Source: Savitreella phatthalungensis (taxonomy: Eukaryota). Taken from it: a stretch of DNA of 64,000 nucleotides. Below the pieces are notes generated by a model. That model made no database searches. It had not been told where the DNA came from and worked only from the letters and a program-made list of their open reading frames with translations. A program made the position numbers and the translations under genes. Positions 29,184-41,058 of this stretch are shown piece by piece. Numbering within the stretch: the stretch's first letter is position 1; each line of letters opens with the position of its first letter. The stretch is taken from NCBI GenBank assembly GCA_051599415.1, contig AP039699.1, positions 310,001-374,000 on the forward strand, given 5' to 3'.

Positions 29184-30305
29184 ATATCTGCTCTGACCAA
29201 ATCAATAACGGCATGCATGACCAATTCTGTAGATTGAACTGGACTTGCGCATGTTAACAGTCATTAAATCAGACCGGCAGGATTTACACTAATTGATTCT
29301 GAATTCACCCTTGCAACTGGGGTTGAGCATATATGGAGTATTCAAACATCTGCCGTCTGACCCGTTGTAAATCTGATATGGCAGATAAGACTGCATTAGA
29401 GTTGAATTGTTCCGATTGACTTGACCATTGAATTTTCACATGCTCCAAGTAAGTTGAAGCACATGCAAATTTCAGTCGAGAAAATATTCTGATCTAGGCT
29501 GCTGCTGTGTAGCCCGACGTGGAAGCTGAAGCCCGAGCTGGACTCGACATCATGCAGGATGACACACAGATCAATCTCTGTAAACTAGGTTGCAGGGATT
29601 AGTCCTACGCATCTGCCAGCTCAAGCTGAAGTCTGATCTTTCGATTAAAGTAGTATGTTCCATAGCTCCATTGAGCGACGTAATGCTTCCCATGCGCGCG
29701 AGTGCTATACTTGTCCATACACAGACGTCGATGACTTTGCTGTCAATATTCCGGCTCTGTATATCCTGCGAAGTAATTGCGCGCGTGTCGACATAGTGAA
29801 ACTCTGCGACTATTCAGCTGAACGATCATGAGAGCAGGTATCCCATTGATGACATTTCTCGATTCCATGCATCCAGAACCCAAAATGAGCTGTCTTGGAG
29901 CGTTTCAGGTTTCAAAGTATGTGGGTCACAGCATCACACCATTACGCCACTGATGAAAGAAATACACGGTAGAGGAGTGCGGCCTCTTTGCTCAATCAGA
30001 CACAGCTCGATGATTTCCTCAGCGGGCGAATCACAATCAGGGCACAAGCTGGTGCACTTGCCTCGCTCGATATGAATCCAAACCTGCACATCTTCCATCC
30101 CTCAGTCACTCGTGAACAGATCATTGCGTGTTCATGCCATTTGCTCTCTCTAGCGTAGTAATTCCACTCTCCTGTGTCTTCTCTCTTGTCAATTCCACTC
30201 GTTCTCACTGACGATGCTTCAGCAGCTGTTTTGCGCTTTCTGCTCTGCTGTATCGCCCATGATCTTTCATCTGTTGCTTGAGCTGCTTTCGGCTCGTCAA
30301 ATCCA

Positions 30306-30776
30306 TCAGAACATTGATCCCTCAGGCGGCTGTGGCAGCTTTCTGTTCGAACCATTCGCCATATCCCTGTCGCAAATTTGTCAGTACTTGATCTCCGCTG
30401 TGATCAAATTGTCGAATACAACTCACTTTCGCAACTCTGTTAGCACTGTCTCGATCGTGTATTTGCGATTCCACTGAGCTAAGCAGCCAAGTCGATGAGC
30501 TAAGACCTTGCCGTTTGTCGGATCGACACATGGCACATTGATCCGTGACAGAAATTGAATCTCTGGGGGTGCGTCTGGGTACTGCGGTCCACAGTAGATC
30601 TTGAGTGAATAGATCCTGTTCTCGTGTGTACTGTGCGCTGGTCCAAGAATTGTTCCTTGCCAATTGCTCATCAGGATATCTTCATCAGCTAGACCATAAG
30701 AACAAGCGCCATCACCACCCTTCTCTCCTTTCTCTAGCTCCTCAAGCAGCCGAAAATTGCGTGGCACCTTTGCCAT
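30306..30776 (-). CDS. MMS2: Ubiquitin-conjugating enzyme variant Mms2/Uev1; exons 30427-30776, 30306-30366
   Basis: MAKVPRNFRLLEELEKGEKG, WQGTILGP..HENRIYSL; intron 30367-30426 (GTGAGT..CTGAC..CAG) restores KLPQPPEGSMF*. Confidence 0.96.
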
Positions 30777-31112
30777 GTCTGAACTATCTGTGACGATCTA
30801 CTGGCAAACGATCTGAGCTCTCTTTCTTGCTTTTGACTCTGGGCGGTCTGGTATGAACGACTGCTCACGAGTGAGGTCACGCTACTGAAGATGATGCTCT
30901 GGAAGTCAGTGCGGTCACTTCTCCAGATCCGATATTGTCCATCCATTCATTGTATGGATGCAGTGGATACCTTCGATGCACATCTGCATATTTTACATTC
31001 ATGCACTTGGTCGATCACACATCTGATTCACTCAGTTCACAGCCTAGCTAGCTATAGGCACATGAATTGATTCTGCAGACAAAATTGGTCGTGCTTATTC
31101 GACTACGCACTT

Positions 31113-31220
31113 ACTCACTCACTCACTCACTCACTCACTTTACCTGCATACACAAGATATTCATCATCATTCACAATTTAAATTGATCACTCAAAGTAGC
31201 TCACTCACTCACTCACTCAC
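31113..31220. repeat. (ACTC)n tetranucleotide microsatellites
   Basis: Two ACTC/CACT runs (about 31113-31139 and 31200-31220) in the MMS2/GEA divergent spacer. Confidence 0.85.
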
Positions 31221-31468
31221 GCGCACGTCCATATACGCGCTTAGGTGTAGGTACCAACACTACTGCAGCCTCCACATCATCAACCTCTACACCATCAACT
31301 GCTATTCTAGGTATCAAAAGTACGCCTGCATCTTCTGAAGGACACTTCTGAAGTAAGTCTTGCCCAGCCGTGCGAGGCAAACAGAATATCTTGACCTCAG
31401 ATCAAAGTTCAACTGAATTAGCTGGCATCATGCTTGGTCGCTGATAGAGATCTCCCAGAGTCCCACTC

Positions 31469-34400
31469 ATGGCTACTGACGCAGACGTCAAAGGGCTGAC
31501 GCTCGACGCAGCCAGATCTGATGGCTGCCTTGCAGCTGTCCCGCCAGTCACACTGGTACTCAATGAGACCATCTCTCTGGTTGCAAGCATGCGTAAGCAG
31601 TCAAGATGGACTTCTTCATCCGTTGCTGCCATCCTAGGCAGTGCAGTCGAGGTCAGCCTCAACACAGACGAGAGTCTAGCTGGACGTTGGGGACTCCGTG
31701 CTCAGCGTGCCAACCAGAACGACAATCCATTACTCATTGGATTCACGCGGCTTCGCCAGGATCTCATCGGTCTCCGCGACTTTCACGAATATGACACGAC
31801 AAAGCTCTTGAGCCCTTTCCTGGAAGTTGTCAAATCCTCCCACACCTCAGGTGCTGTCACCTCCCTCGCGCTCAACTCAATTTCGAAATTCTTCAGCTAT
31901 CGGCTTATTCACAAGGGCTCGCTCCGGCTGGCCGACGCAATGAAGCAGCTTTCAAGCGCCATAACACATTGCAGATTCGAGGCGTCCGATAGCGGACAGG
32001 ATGAGATCGTATTGCTCCGGATATTGCTCCTTATGCAGGAGATGATGCTTGGCTGTGGCGGACATATGCTCGGGGACGAGTCCATCTGCGAAATGATGGA
32101 GACAGGTTTGAGCATGTGCTGTCAGATGCGGCTGAGTGAGATGCTTCGCAGATCGGCAGAGATGGTGATGCAGAAAATGCTCCAGGTCGTCTTCCTGCGG
32201 CTGCGCGAGCTCGACCCGGCTGATGACCCAGTGGAGTCTTCTGCTGGCGACGCGCCACTCTCAACACCGGCACCTACGCCCTTGACATCACCCCGCCACG
32301 GGCCCATATCGCCAGCAGAGACATCAGCGCGTACGTCAATAGCAGACTCGTCGGCTGCCGCTCAAGAGCCAGTGTCGCCCTACGGTATCATGTCGATACG
32401 CGAGCTCCTCCGTGTCCTGATCACCATTCTCGATCCAGACAACAGGCAGCATACTGACTCGATGCGTCTGATGGCATTCCGACTGATCGAGGTTGCATTC
32501 GAGGTCGGCGGTGAAGCCATTGCCCGGCACAAGTCACTGAGAACGCAGACGTGCGATGAGATGTGCCGACACCTGTTCCGTCTTGTCCGTTCGGAAAATC
32601 CATTGGTCCTCAGGGGCTCCCTCAGAGTCATCTCCACCCTGATACAGACTGTTCGGGTCCACCTGAAGCTACAGCAAGAGCTCTTCCTAAATTACATCGT
32701 TGCATGCCTCGCGCCGACCGAGGAAGCTGGAGAGAACGGAGGAAATGGTATCGATGCAGCCACGGCTAGCGCAATACCCAATCTGCCGCGCATCAAGCAG
32801 CTCAACTCCGGTCGCTCAACCCCAGTGCCCGTCAAAGAGCGCCAGCGACTTGGTCTGGAGGGTAGTGCTCGCGGTGGTGATGATCGAGAAGCAATGGTCG
32901 AGTGTATGGGCACCCTCCTGAGAATACCAACGTATATGGTCGAGCTCTTCGTCAACTATGACTGCGATGAGAATCTCGGCGATCTGTGCCAGGACGTGAT
33001 CGGGTTCCTATGTCGCAATGCCTTCCCGGACGCTGCCAACTGGTCGACCACCAATGTCCCGCCGCTCTGCCTGGACGCTCTATTGGCATACATTGCCTTC
33101 ATGCACGCGCGAATCTCGTTGCCCGAGACCACGAGCCAGCCAGTCGCTGGTCTACCAGAGCCAGAAGTACTCCTAAAATCCAAAGCACGGAAGGAGACCA
33201 TCATGCGCGCATGCGCCAAATTCAACGAAGACCCTAAGCAAGGTCTTCAATTCCTGCTTGATAACGGCCTTGTAGACCCGTCGAACGAAACAAAGTCCCT
33301 GGCAAGTTTCCTTTTCTCTTCCACCCGCATCAATAAGAAATTGCTAGGTGACTATATTTCGAAGCCCAAACACCTGCCATTACTCCAGGCTTTTGTGAAG
33401 CTCTTCGACTTCCACGACAAGCGGATCGACGAGGCGCTCCGCATGCTGCTGCAGAAGTTCCGTTTGCCTGGAGAAGCGCAGCAGATTGAGCGCATTGTGG
33501 AACAATTCGCCAGCATTTACTTTGCCACTGGACCACAGGCCATCCGCAGCTCAGACGCCGCATTCGTTCTTTCCTATGCCGTCATTATGCTCAACACTGA
33601 CCAACACAATCCTCAGGCAAAGAAGTCGAAAATGACAGTGACAGACTTCGCGAAAAATCTGCGTGGCACGAATGACGGCGAAGACTTCGACCTCGTCTAC
33701 CTCCAGCAGATCTACGACGAGATTAAGGGGAACGAGATCATCATGCCGGAAGAACATGACACGAGCGCGAGCTTTGACTATGCATGGCGTGGCCTGCTAG
33801 CCAAGGTCGAGGCAACCGGCACTCTGATGACATGCGATACAAACAAGTACGACGGCGCGATGTTTGAGGCGACCTGGCGGCCGCTTGTGGCGACTCTCAC
33901 CTTCGTTTTCGCATCTGCTACGGACGACGCGGTCTTCTCTCGCGTCATGGCAGGCCTGCATCAGTGTGCGGAGATTGCTGCAGGATATAACAACACCGAA
34001 GCTATAGACCGGATCGTCGCCTCCCTTGCGCGACTTACACCGCTGGCCGCAGACCAGCTGCCGGGCATCGGTCGCAACACGAGTGTCGAAGTTGACTCCC
34101 AGCGCGTCACCGTCAGTGACCTGAGCGTTGCTTTCGGTAGAGATTTCAAGGCGCAGCTCGCCACCGTCCTGCTCTTCCGTATCTGCCAGGGCAACCTACA
34201 TGTCCTTCGCCAGGGATGGCGGCATCTGAGCGACATTTTTGCTGCCTTGCTGGTCAATTCCCTTCTCCCGCAGGACTTTTCACCGATTCACCGCTACATG
34301 AAGATCTCCAGTATTCCATTACCGCCATCCAACAAGTCGTCCAAGGCAATTCGGCGAAACCAGGAGTCAAGCTTCTTCACCTCTCTCTCGTCATATCTAT

Positions 34401-36040
34401 CCAGCTACGCTAGTGACGAACCGCCACAACCCTCAGATGAGGAAATTGAGAGTACGATGGGCACATTCGACTGCGTTGCCTCGTGTCAGCTCGACGTTCT
34501 GCGCGACCAGATGCTCTCGATGACCGCTGAGCAAGCGGAAGCAACGATCAATGCATTGCTAGCACCGTCCAAGGATCTGGAGTCGCCTGCAAAGACAGTC
34601 GTGGCCCAGTACCTTGCGTCCGCCGAATTCACTGACAGTAACGGCGAGTCGGCCAAGGTTTACGATCCGTCAGAGCTCCTCAAGCTCGAAATTGCCACCG
34701 CTTTGTGTGTCAAAGACGAAGCAAGTGTGACGCGCTTCAGCTCTCGTTTGATTGCGCGGCTCGCGCCCTTCATTCAGGATGCACCCAGCCAGCATTTCCT
34801 TGTGACAGAGCGAATTGTCGTCTACCTGCTCCGCATCCTCCTTGCTATGCTCAAAGCTGAGACCTGCGAAGCAGACAGCGCAGCGATTCGGCTTCTCTCG
34901 GAGATGGACGCCAAAGCGCTCAAGCAATGTGCTGTCCCTGTGTCGTATGGTCTCCTTGACTGTCTACAAGTCGAGCGCGGCCGCAAGCTCATCGGCAGCT
35001 TCCATCAGACGTACGATCTCCTTCGGAAGCTCTCGGAGAACACGGATGCTAAGGCACTTGTCTTTGAGCACGCCTCCCTCCTCGCCACCACCTTACACAA
35101 GGACAACTTTTCGTGGCTGATCCGCATGTTCGATGCGTTTGCAGCTGAAGCAGCGATCGGCGCAGGGATCGATGATCTGACAGCAAAGCCAAAGGCGACG
35201 CCGCCTGCCAAAGGTCAGCGAAACTCACCGCAAGTTCAACAGCAGCAGGAGGAGGCGGAAGAGGCAGAGCTACGACTTCGCAAGGAAGCCGTTGTGCGAG
35301 GGTGTCGATCACTCGAACTGCTCTATCAGATGCGCTTAGAGCTGCAGGAGATGGCTCAGGCCGCAGACGCATCCACCACCTTGTACTGGCAATCGCTTCT
35401 GAACGCCATCAAGACACACTGTTTGAGCACGAGCAAGCCCGTTAAGCTCGACGCCTTCAAGTACCTGCAGCGCCTCGTCCTCAGCTTTGACCTGTCTGTG
35501 GAAACGGGTCCGATGGCGGAGGTAATCTTCGAGGAGACGGTGATTGATCTTGTGGAGTCGCTACAGCAGCTGTCTCCTGGTCCGGAGAGTGGTCGGCGTC
35601 CGAAGATTCTCGAGGAGTCGAAAGTGCAGGCGTGTTCGCTTCTCGCAAAAGCTTGGCTACATCACCTGATCGACCTCCAGCGTGCATCTCCAGAAGAGTT
35701 CGCCGCCCACTGGCACCGCGTCCTTCTCACCCTCGCACACCTCGCCAACGCAGCACCACCCAGCAGCTCACAAGACAATCGGACGCAGCAATACCTTGTG
35801 GAAGCAGCTACCGAATCACTCAAGAACGTCCTCCTTGTCATGTTCTCCTCCTCGATCCTCCTCCCAGGTCAACCTCTCTACGCAGACACGCAGAAGTCAC
35901 TTCGCGAGGAGGCAAATGCGCGGATCGATCTCGACCTCCTATTTAATGACTACGGTCCCAGATCGCCAGCCACGGAGAAATCACAAACAGATGCAGTGAA
36001 GAGCGCGGACGGTATCGTCGCTGGCGACAAAAGTATCTAG
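31469..36040 (+). CDS. Arf guanine-nucleotide exchange factor, Gea1/Gea2/GBF1 type
   Basis: DCB region (AITHCRFEASD), HUS box (LFVNYDCD), Sec7 domain (FRLPGEAQQIERI, YAVIMLNTDQHN), EIIMPEEH, ESLKNVLLVM. Confidence 0.95.
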   Translation: MATDADVKGLTLDAARSDGCLAAVPPVTLVLNETISLVASMRKQSRWTSSSVAAILGSAVEVSLNTDESLAGRWGLRAQRANQNDNPLLIGFTRLRQDLIGLRDFHEYDTTKLLSPFLEVVKSSHTSGAVTSLALNSISKFFSYRLIHKGSLRLADAMKQLSSAITHCRFEASDSGQDEIVLLRILLLMQEMMLGCGGHMLGDESICEMMETGLSMCCQMRLSEMLRRSAEMVMQKMLQVVFLRLRELDPADDPVESSAGDAPLSTPAPTPLTSPRHGPISPAETSARTSIADSSAAAQEPVSPYGIMSIRELLRVLITILDPDNRQHTDSMRLMAFRLIEVAFEVGGEAIARHKSLRTQTCDEMCRHLFRLVRSENPLVLRGSLRVISTLIQTVRVHLKLQQELFLNYIVACLAPTEEAGENGGNGIDAATASAIPNLPRIKQLNSGRSTPVPVKERQRLGLEGSARGGDDREAMVECMGTLLRIPTYMVELFVNYDCDENLGDLCQDVIGFLCRNAFPDAANWSTTNVPPLCLDALLAYIAFMHARISLPETTSQPVAGLPEPEVLLKSKARKETIMRACAKFNEDPKQGLQFLLDNGLVDPSNETKSLASFLFSSTRINKKLLGDYISKPKHLPLLQAFVKLFDFHDKRIDEALRMLLQKFRLPGEAQQIERIVEQFASIYFATGPQAIRSSDAAFVLSYAVIMLNTDQHNPQAKKSKMTVTDFAKNLRGTNDGEDFDLVYLQQIYDEIKGNEIIMPEEHDTSASFDYAWRGLLAKVEATGTLMTCDTNKYDGAMFEATWRPLVATLTFVFASATDDAVFSRVMAGLHQCAEIAAGYNNTEAIDRIVASLARLTPLAADQLPGIGRNTSVEVDSQRVTVSDLSVAFGRDFKAQLATVLLFRICQGNLHVLRQGWRHLSDIFAALLVNSLLPQDFSPIHRYMKISSIPLPPSNKSSKAIRRNQESSFFTSLSSYLSSYASDEPPQPSDEEIESTMGTFDCVASCQLDVLRDQMLSMTAEQAEATINALLAPSKDLESPAKTVVAQYLASAEFTDSNGESAKVYDPSELLKLEIATALCVKDEASVTRFSSRLIARLAPFIQDAPSQHFLVTERIVVYLLRILLAMLKAETCEADSAAIRLLSEMDAKALKQCAVPVSYGLLDCLQVERGRKLIGSFHQTYDLLRKLSENTDAKALVFEHASLLATTLHKDNFSWLIRMFDAFAAEAAIGAGIDDLTAKPKATPPAKGQRNSPQVQQQQEEAEEAELRLRKEAVVRGCRSLELLYQMRLELQEMAQAADASTTLYWQSLLNAIKTHCLSTSKPVKLDAFKYLQRLVLSFDLSVETGPMAEVIFEETVIDLVESLQQLSPGPESGRRPKILEESKVQACSLLAKAWLHHLIDLQRASPEEFAAHWHRVLLTLAHLANAAPPSSSQDNRTQQYLVEAATESLKNVLLVMFSSSILLPGQPLYADTQKSLREEANARIDLDLLFNDYGPRSPATEKSQTDAVKSADGIVAGDKSI

Positions 36041-36067
36041 TCAATAGCATTTATGACTGTATTACAC

Positions 36068-37600
36068 CTAGCGAGCTCTACTGTGTCGGTGGTACAGGGC
36101 AGTGAGCGATTGTGCTAGATCCAAGACCATCTCATCGTCACCAAACTGTCCGATCACCTGCACTCCCGCCGGCAGCGACCTGTCCCCATCACTGAGCACA
36201 GGCACACTGCATGCAGGCAACCCAGCCAGACTCGCAGGCACCGTAAACACATCCAACGCCAAAGCCTCCGTCCTCTGCATCGTTCGTGCTTGGTCGATTG
36301 TGGGTGGGTAGTTGGGTGCTGTGGGTGTGACTAGGAGATCGATAGATCCTTGGTGAGGGGGGTGTGGTGCGAGGGTAGGGTGTGGTTGTGCAAAGACGGT
36401 ATTAAACTCGTCGCAGAGACGGCGTCGAATCCGAGCGGCGCGCAGATAGTGATTATCGAACTTGTCAGCAGACAAGGCCAAGGTGCCTGCGAGAATCCGA
36501 CGGCGGACTTCAGACCCAAACATCCCGCGCGTCGGCGCGTACAGCGTCCCGCGTGAATCTCCACCCACCGGCGCAGACCGATCAGCGCAGGCACGAGCGC
36601 CGTAAAACACCCCGCTGTACCGAGACAAATTCGATGACGCCTCAGCAGGAGCGACCACGTAGTATGCCCCCAGCCCAGCTCGCGTCAGCGGTAGTGATAC
36701 CTCCACAAACTCGACCTCCCGTCCGCCGCAACCGGCCAACCGCAGTTCCTGGAGCGTGTGCTCGAGCGACGCTCGGATCGAGGGGTCGATCTCGTCGATC
36801 ATGTACTCGCGCGGGATGCCGACTTTAAGTGGACGGTCACTCTGCCGGGTGACGTGGTTCGCTCGGAGGGTGGCGCGGAGGGTGGAAGGGAGGGATGTCG
36901 GGTCTCTCGGGTCGTGGACGTCGAGGATGGAGAATGCTGTGCGGAGGAGGCCGAAGGAGGTAGGGTGTGGGCGGGTGATGAGACCGACGGTGTCTAGGCT
37001 GTTGGCGTACGCGACCACACCAGTGCGAGAGATCCGGCCGTAAGACGGCTTGAAGCCGACCGTGTTGGTGTATGCAGCAGGCAACCGCACACTGCCACCA
37101 GTGTCCGTGCCGAGCGCAATGTCAGCACAGCCTGGATGGTCGTCCTCAAGGAGCACCGACACAGCCGCGCCACCGGAACTCCCGCCAGCCGATCTGTTCA
37201 CCTGCAGGTCGATGGGGCTTATCACGGGACCGTGGTGTGAGGCGATTGAGAAAGAGCCCATGCCGAATTCGTCCATGTTGGACTTGCTCGTCAGGGAAGC
37301 TCCTGCACGTGACAGGAGAGAGACACAGGTGGCATCTTCTGGTGCATTGTAGCCCGAGTACGCGACAGGACCAGCCTGAGGAGACAGGATCTGTGAGCCA
37401 CAAGTTGTCAAGCCTTGCTTAGTGCATATGTTTGCTTTGGCAGAGAAACGGATGCTTGCAAGTGCGCCCGAACACGGACTCTGGGGAATATCTATGAGCT
37501 GGATGAGAGCATTGTATGGGTCAAATGGAGGAGACTTGGTAGCTGCAGAAGTCCCAGGAGCATGACTGATGGCTTGGAGACAGCGGCTTGTGACTCTCAT
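36068..37600 (-). CDS. HER2: Mitochondrial glutamyl-tRNA(Gln) amidotransferase subunit A
   Basis: KSNMDEFGMGS, GGSSGG, GTDTGGSVRLPA, GFKPSYGRISR, AEASSNLSRY, FGSEVRRRIL, DVFTVPASLAGLPA. Confidence 0.93.
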   Translation of the reverse strand: MRVTSRCLQAISHAPGTSAATKSPPFDPYNALIQLIDIPQSPCSGALASIRFSAKANICTKQGLTTCGSQILSPQAGPVAYSGYNAPEDATCVSLLSRAGASLTSKSNMDEFGMGSFSIASHHGPVISPIDLQVNRSAGGSSGGAAVSVLLEDDHPGCADIALGTDTGGSVRLPAAYTNTVGFKPSYGRISRTGVVAYANSLDTVGLITRPHPTSFGLLRTAFSILDVHDPRDPTSLPSTLRATLRANHVTRQSDRPLKVGIPREYMIDEIDPSIRASLEHTLQELRLAGCGGREVEFVEVSLPLTRAGLGAYYVVAPAEASSNLSRYSGVFYGARACADRSAPVGGDSRGTLYAPTRGMFGSEVRRRILAGTLALSADKFDNHYLRAARIRRRLCDEFNTVFAQPHPTLAPHPPHQGSIDLLVTPTAPNYPPTIDQARTMQRTEALALDVFTVPASLAGLPACSVPVLSDGDRSLPAGVQVIGQFGDDEMVLDLAQSLTALYHRHSRAR

Positions 37601-38872
37601 GAGATCTCTAGTGTTAAGAGGATAATTGACTGCTGATCTGGGTCTATCAGGGTTGAGTCATCTAGTGTTCTGAGGATGTGTTAGTTGTGCATCTGACCTG
37701 TGAAATAAGGGGCGAGCTACCTGACGACTGATCCTCGTGGTTTCGATACAGATGATCTTGTTGATCCAGCTACTACATGCAGCTGCGAGTGTTGGCGAGT
37801 GTGCATACATAAATTGATTCCCACATGTGTACACGTGTACGTACTTGATAAATGTGCATCTATACTTGATCATCATGCATGCGCGTGCTGCGGATAAATC
37901 CCGCGGTCAGCTGGTCTACGGGCGATTGGCTTGACCCGGTTGGAGGTTAGGATTTTGAACATTGCCGTCAAATGCATGTACGGTCTCTGACTTGAATATT
38001 GACGACTTGAATACTCAGTGACCACTCACCCACTCACTCACTCACCCAATGTGAACAGTTGGGTATTTATCCCAATTTGGAATTGACAATCGTGCATTAT
38101 AAGACGAACATTTGACAGAATGTGGAGAATTGGACAATCTAGAAACCGGAATTTACAGGTAATTTACGTGCGTATATGTTTGCATAGATAAATTTAATTT
38201 GAGATGTAATGAAGTTCAGATTAAATTTATATGTGTTTCACTTTCAGAAGATATGAATTTAGATCAAATCAATTCGACGCACTAAAATTGATCTTGATTA
38301 TAGAAGATCAAGAATAGAGCAACTTTGAAGCCTCAGAGCATGAATTGCAAATCTAAATTAATTTAGTCTATACAGGATGTATGGTGTTGATTAGACTTGA
38401 AATATAAATTTAGTCTGGTCGTTGAAGTGTGAATGCTGCACTGCATGGTCCTAGGCTGAATCTCATGAACGACTCCAGTATGCATAGGCTAAAAAGCTAC
38501 CAACTACAGTACAGGCCACAGGGTACGGGGAATGAAAATAGGCAATAGCCTACAACAATCATCCACGCAAAATAAGCAAGCAAGCAAGCAGGTCAGTCAG
38601 TCAGTCAGTCATTCAGTCAGCGAGCAAGCACACTTCTCTCCAGTCCATCTCATACAGTCGCCTGTGCGCCAGAGTCAGTGGAGTGACCAGCAATTATTCA
38701 CGGTCCTGACGAGGCGCGTCAGTCAGTCATTTCGAAACATCAGTGCCGCACGCGGCCCCTTTCAGGCAAAACATCGGAGCGGTGGCAGCACTCACAGGCG
38801 ATCAGATGATTCTTGCCATGCATATCGCCCTATAGCATTCTGTCCTTTCCCAAAGACCCATAATACCCGCTC

Positions 38873-40951
38873 ATGATCACAACAATGGTTGGGTCACAGA
38901 CGCTTGCCAATGGCCAGCATACCCTCACCCACATCCCAACCTCGGCCATTCCAGGCGCAGGCGCAGGCGCAGTCGCTGGCAGTAAGCTTCGGAAGGCTAC
39001 AAAAGCTTGCGATCGGTGCAGGGCAAAGCGACTCAGGTGCACCATCGATATAGACGTAGACCCTGCCGATCCCAATCGTACCTGCTCAAACTGCGGCTCA
39101 AGTCAGTCAGAATGTACCTGGACACGAGAACAGAAGAAGCGCGGTCCACAAAAAGGCTTCCAAAAGGCGCGGCAAGACGCAGCTGCAGCCGCTGCTTCTA
39201 CCAACAGATCCAATAGCCACGGCAGTTACAGCAATACCCGGCCTAAGCTCGACGACGAACTCAATAGCAGTATCTCTCCTAGCGAGATGCGCGATGATGA
39301 TGCCATCGCTGCAGACTTTGTGCGTGGCTATGGTGAGCACAGGCCCATGCCAAGCCATCAGAACGGCCAAACGTCCGCCTACCAACCTTTCGCGCCCTAT
39401 GCAGTATCAGCTGCGAGCGGCAATCGTGGTTCTGCGACATCCACATCCGCACCGGCAAGTAACATGCCACCTTTGCCCTCTCCTTCTCTTTTGACTCCCG
39501 GCAACGGCTTTCACCATCCTCACCACCATCATCAGCCATTCTCCGGGTTTACGCCAGGATCGAGGTCTTCATCGATTGATCGGAAGATCTCTTTCGGTGC
39601 CGCGACGCCACCTGCGCCGTTTGAGCCTGACGTGAATAATCCCGCGTGGATGTCGCGGGCTTCGAACAATCATACCCCCACGGGCGGCTTGACACCAGCC
39701 TCAGGCTCACTTCCATTCAATGGCAGCAGTCTGCCGCGTGTGCCGGCGCTGTCGATGGTGCCGCCAAGTCAACCGGAACGCGTGCCGTGGTCGCACGAGG
39801 CGTTCGAGCGATGGTATTTCCTGAACCAGCCGACTTTCCCTATCCTCGATCAGGACATCGACGCGCTCAGGGAGCGTCTTGATCGAGGTCACCCGAAGCT
39901 GCGAGAGGGTCTCATGCTAGCAGTGTACAGTGTCACCCATCGGAATCGGACTGCCCAGAAACGCGACATGCTCGATGCCGAGATTGCCATGGCGGAATTC
40001 AGGGTTGCCCTCCGAAACGCTGTCCACGGTTCCCACGCTGATCTGATCCAGGAGAAATTGACTTGTCTACAGGTCTGTCTCCTGCTCGCAGTCGAAGCCG
40101 ACCAGCGTGGACTCGAGGCCAGCCACATCGTTGGCATCTGGATCGCCAGGTCTGTCGCCCAGGCGTACGACCTTGGACTACACACAGATGAGTTTGACCA
40201 TCCACGTCTACTCGTTCTAGGCCGCAGACTCTGGTACATCCTCATCATCCTCGACCGCTGGCATTCCGTGTCTGCCTCATGTCCACCATTCATCACAGAG
40301 TACGGTGTACGGGTAGTGGCGCCAGATAGAGATCTGCTGGGCCCGTTGACGAGCTACCTGTACAGAATGAGTGGCATCGTGGCAAGCGTTTACGCTTTCC
40401 TGATCTCCGGCACTGCGGAGATCACGACTGCCCGGCTAGGTGGGATCGAGAGTGTTAGGGCTCGTGTGGACGAAGACCTTGACGCATTTCGTCGCGACGT
40501 CGAAGTCGTCTGGGGACAGATGAATCTGCTCAACATCGCATTCTGGCACGTCTCCCTCTTGTCGTGTCTAGCGACGACGGCAAACCCACATACCCTGAAA
40601 GAACTCGCCATGCGTCTCGCCTCAACCCTCCCTTCCTCTGCTACCCCATACACCCCACTCAACCACCACTTCTTCTCCCTGACTGCCTGCGTGCTCGCAC
40701 ATCTTGCTCAGCGTGATGATATGCGGGAAGAGGTGTTGAGAGGACTTGCGCAGTTAGGTGAAGCCGTCGAAAAGCACAGAGTCCTTGTGACGGACGACGC
40801 CCAACACTGGGACGAAGCTATTCTCAAAGGTCTACACCAGGTGTCCACCTTCGCAAAGAGGCCTTCAGTCTCAATCGATGACGGCTCTTTGCTATTACAC
40901 ATCCGCAGGCACGGCTACATCCGCTCTTTCTGTCTCGAATTCAGTGTATAA
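38873..40951 (+). CDS. Zn(II)2Cys6 transcription factor, probably Rgt1-like
   Basis: ACDRCRAKRLRC..CSNC....C followed by KKRGPQKG (resembles Rgt1 KRGPSKG); fungal TF middle homology region RRLWYILIILDRWH. Confidence 0.85.
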   Translation: MITTMVGSQTLANGQHTLTHIPTSAIPGAGAGAVAGSKLRKATKACDRCRAKRLRCTIDIDVDPADPNRTCSNCGSSQSECTWTREQKKRGPQKGFQKARQDAAAAAASTNRSNSHGSYSNTRPKLDDELNSSISPSEMRDDDAIAADFVRGYGEHRPMPSHQNGQTSAYQPFAPYAVSAASGNRGSATSTSAPASNMPPLPSPSLLTPGNGFHHPHHHHQPFSGFTPGSRSSSIDRKISFGAATPPAPFEPDVNNPAWMSRASNNHTPTGGLTPASGSLPFNGSSLPRVPALSMVPPSQPERVPWSHEAFERWYFLNQPTFPILDQDIDALRERLDRGHPKLREGLMLAVYSVTHRNRTAQKRDMLDAEIAMAEFRVALRNAVHGSHADLIQEKLTCLQVCLLLAVEADQRGLEASHIVGIWIARSVAQAYDLGLHTDEFDHPRLLVLGRRLWYILIILDRWHSVSASCPPFITEYGVRVVAPDRDLLGPLTSYLYRMSGIVASVYAFLISGTAEITTARLGGIESVRARVDEDLDAFRRDVEVVWGQMNLLNIAFWHVSLLSCLATTANPHTLKELAMRLASTLPSSATPYTPLNHHFFSLTACVLAHLAQRDDMREEVLRGLAQLGEAVEKHRVLVTDDAQHWDEAILKGLHQVSTFAKRPSVSIDDGSLLLHIRRHGYIRSFCLEFSV

Positions 40952-41058
40952 CAGGCGAGGAATGTTTTGGAAGACAAACAATCTAATGTCGAGAATATGA
41001 ATGTACAATGTATGCTGTATATCTACAATGGCGTGTGCATGAGTGTTGAGCTAGTGAT

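Noticed and set aside
29190..30300. Short ORFs (29590-29796 +, 29996-30355 -) between the 3' LTR and MMS2
   Set aside because: No recognisable domain and no coherent splice model; likely UTR or intergenic sequence.
31353..31400. GTAAGT..TTGAC..CAG possible 5' UTR intron of the GEA gene
   Set aside because: Plausible but cannot be validated without a reading frame or transcript data.
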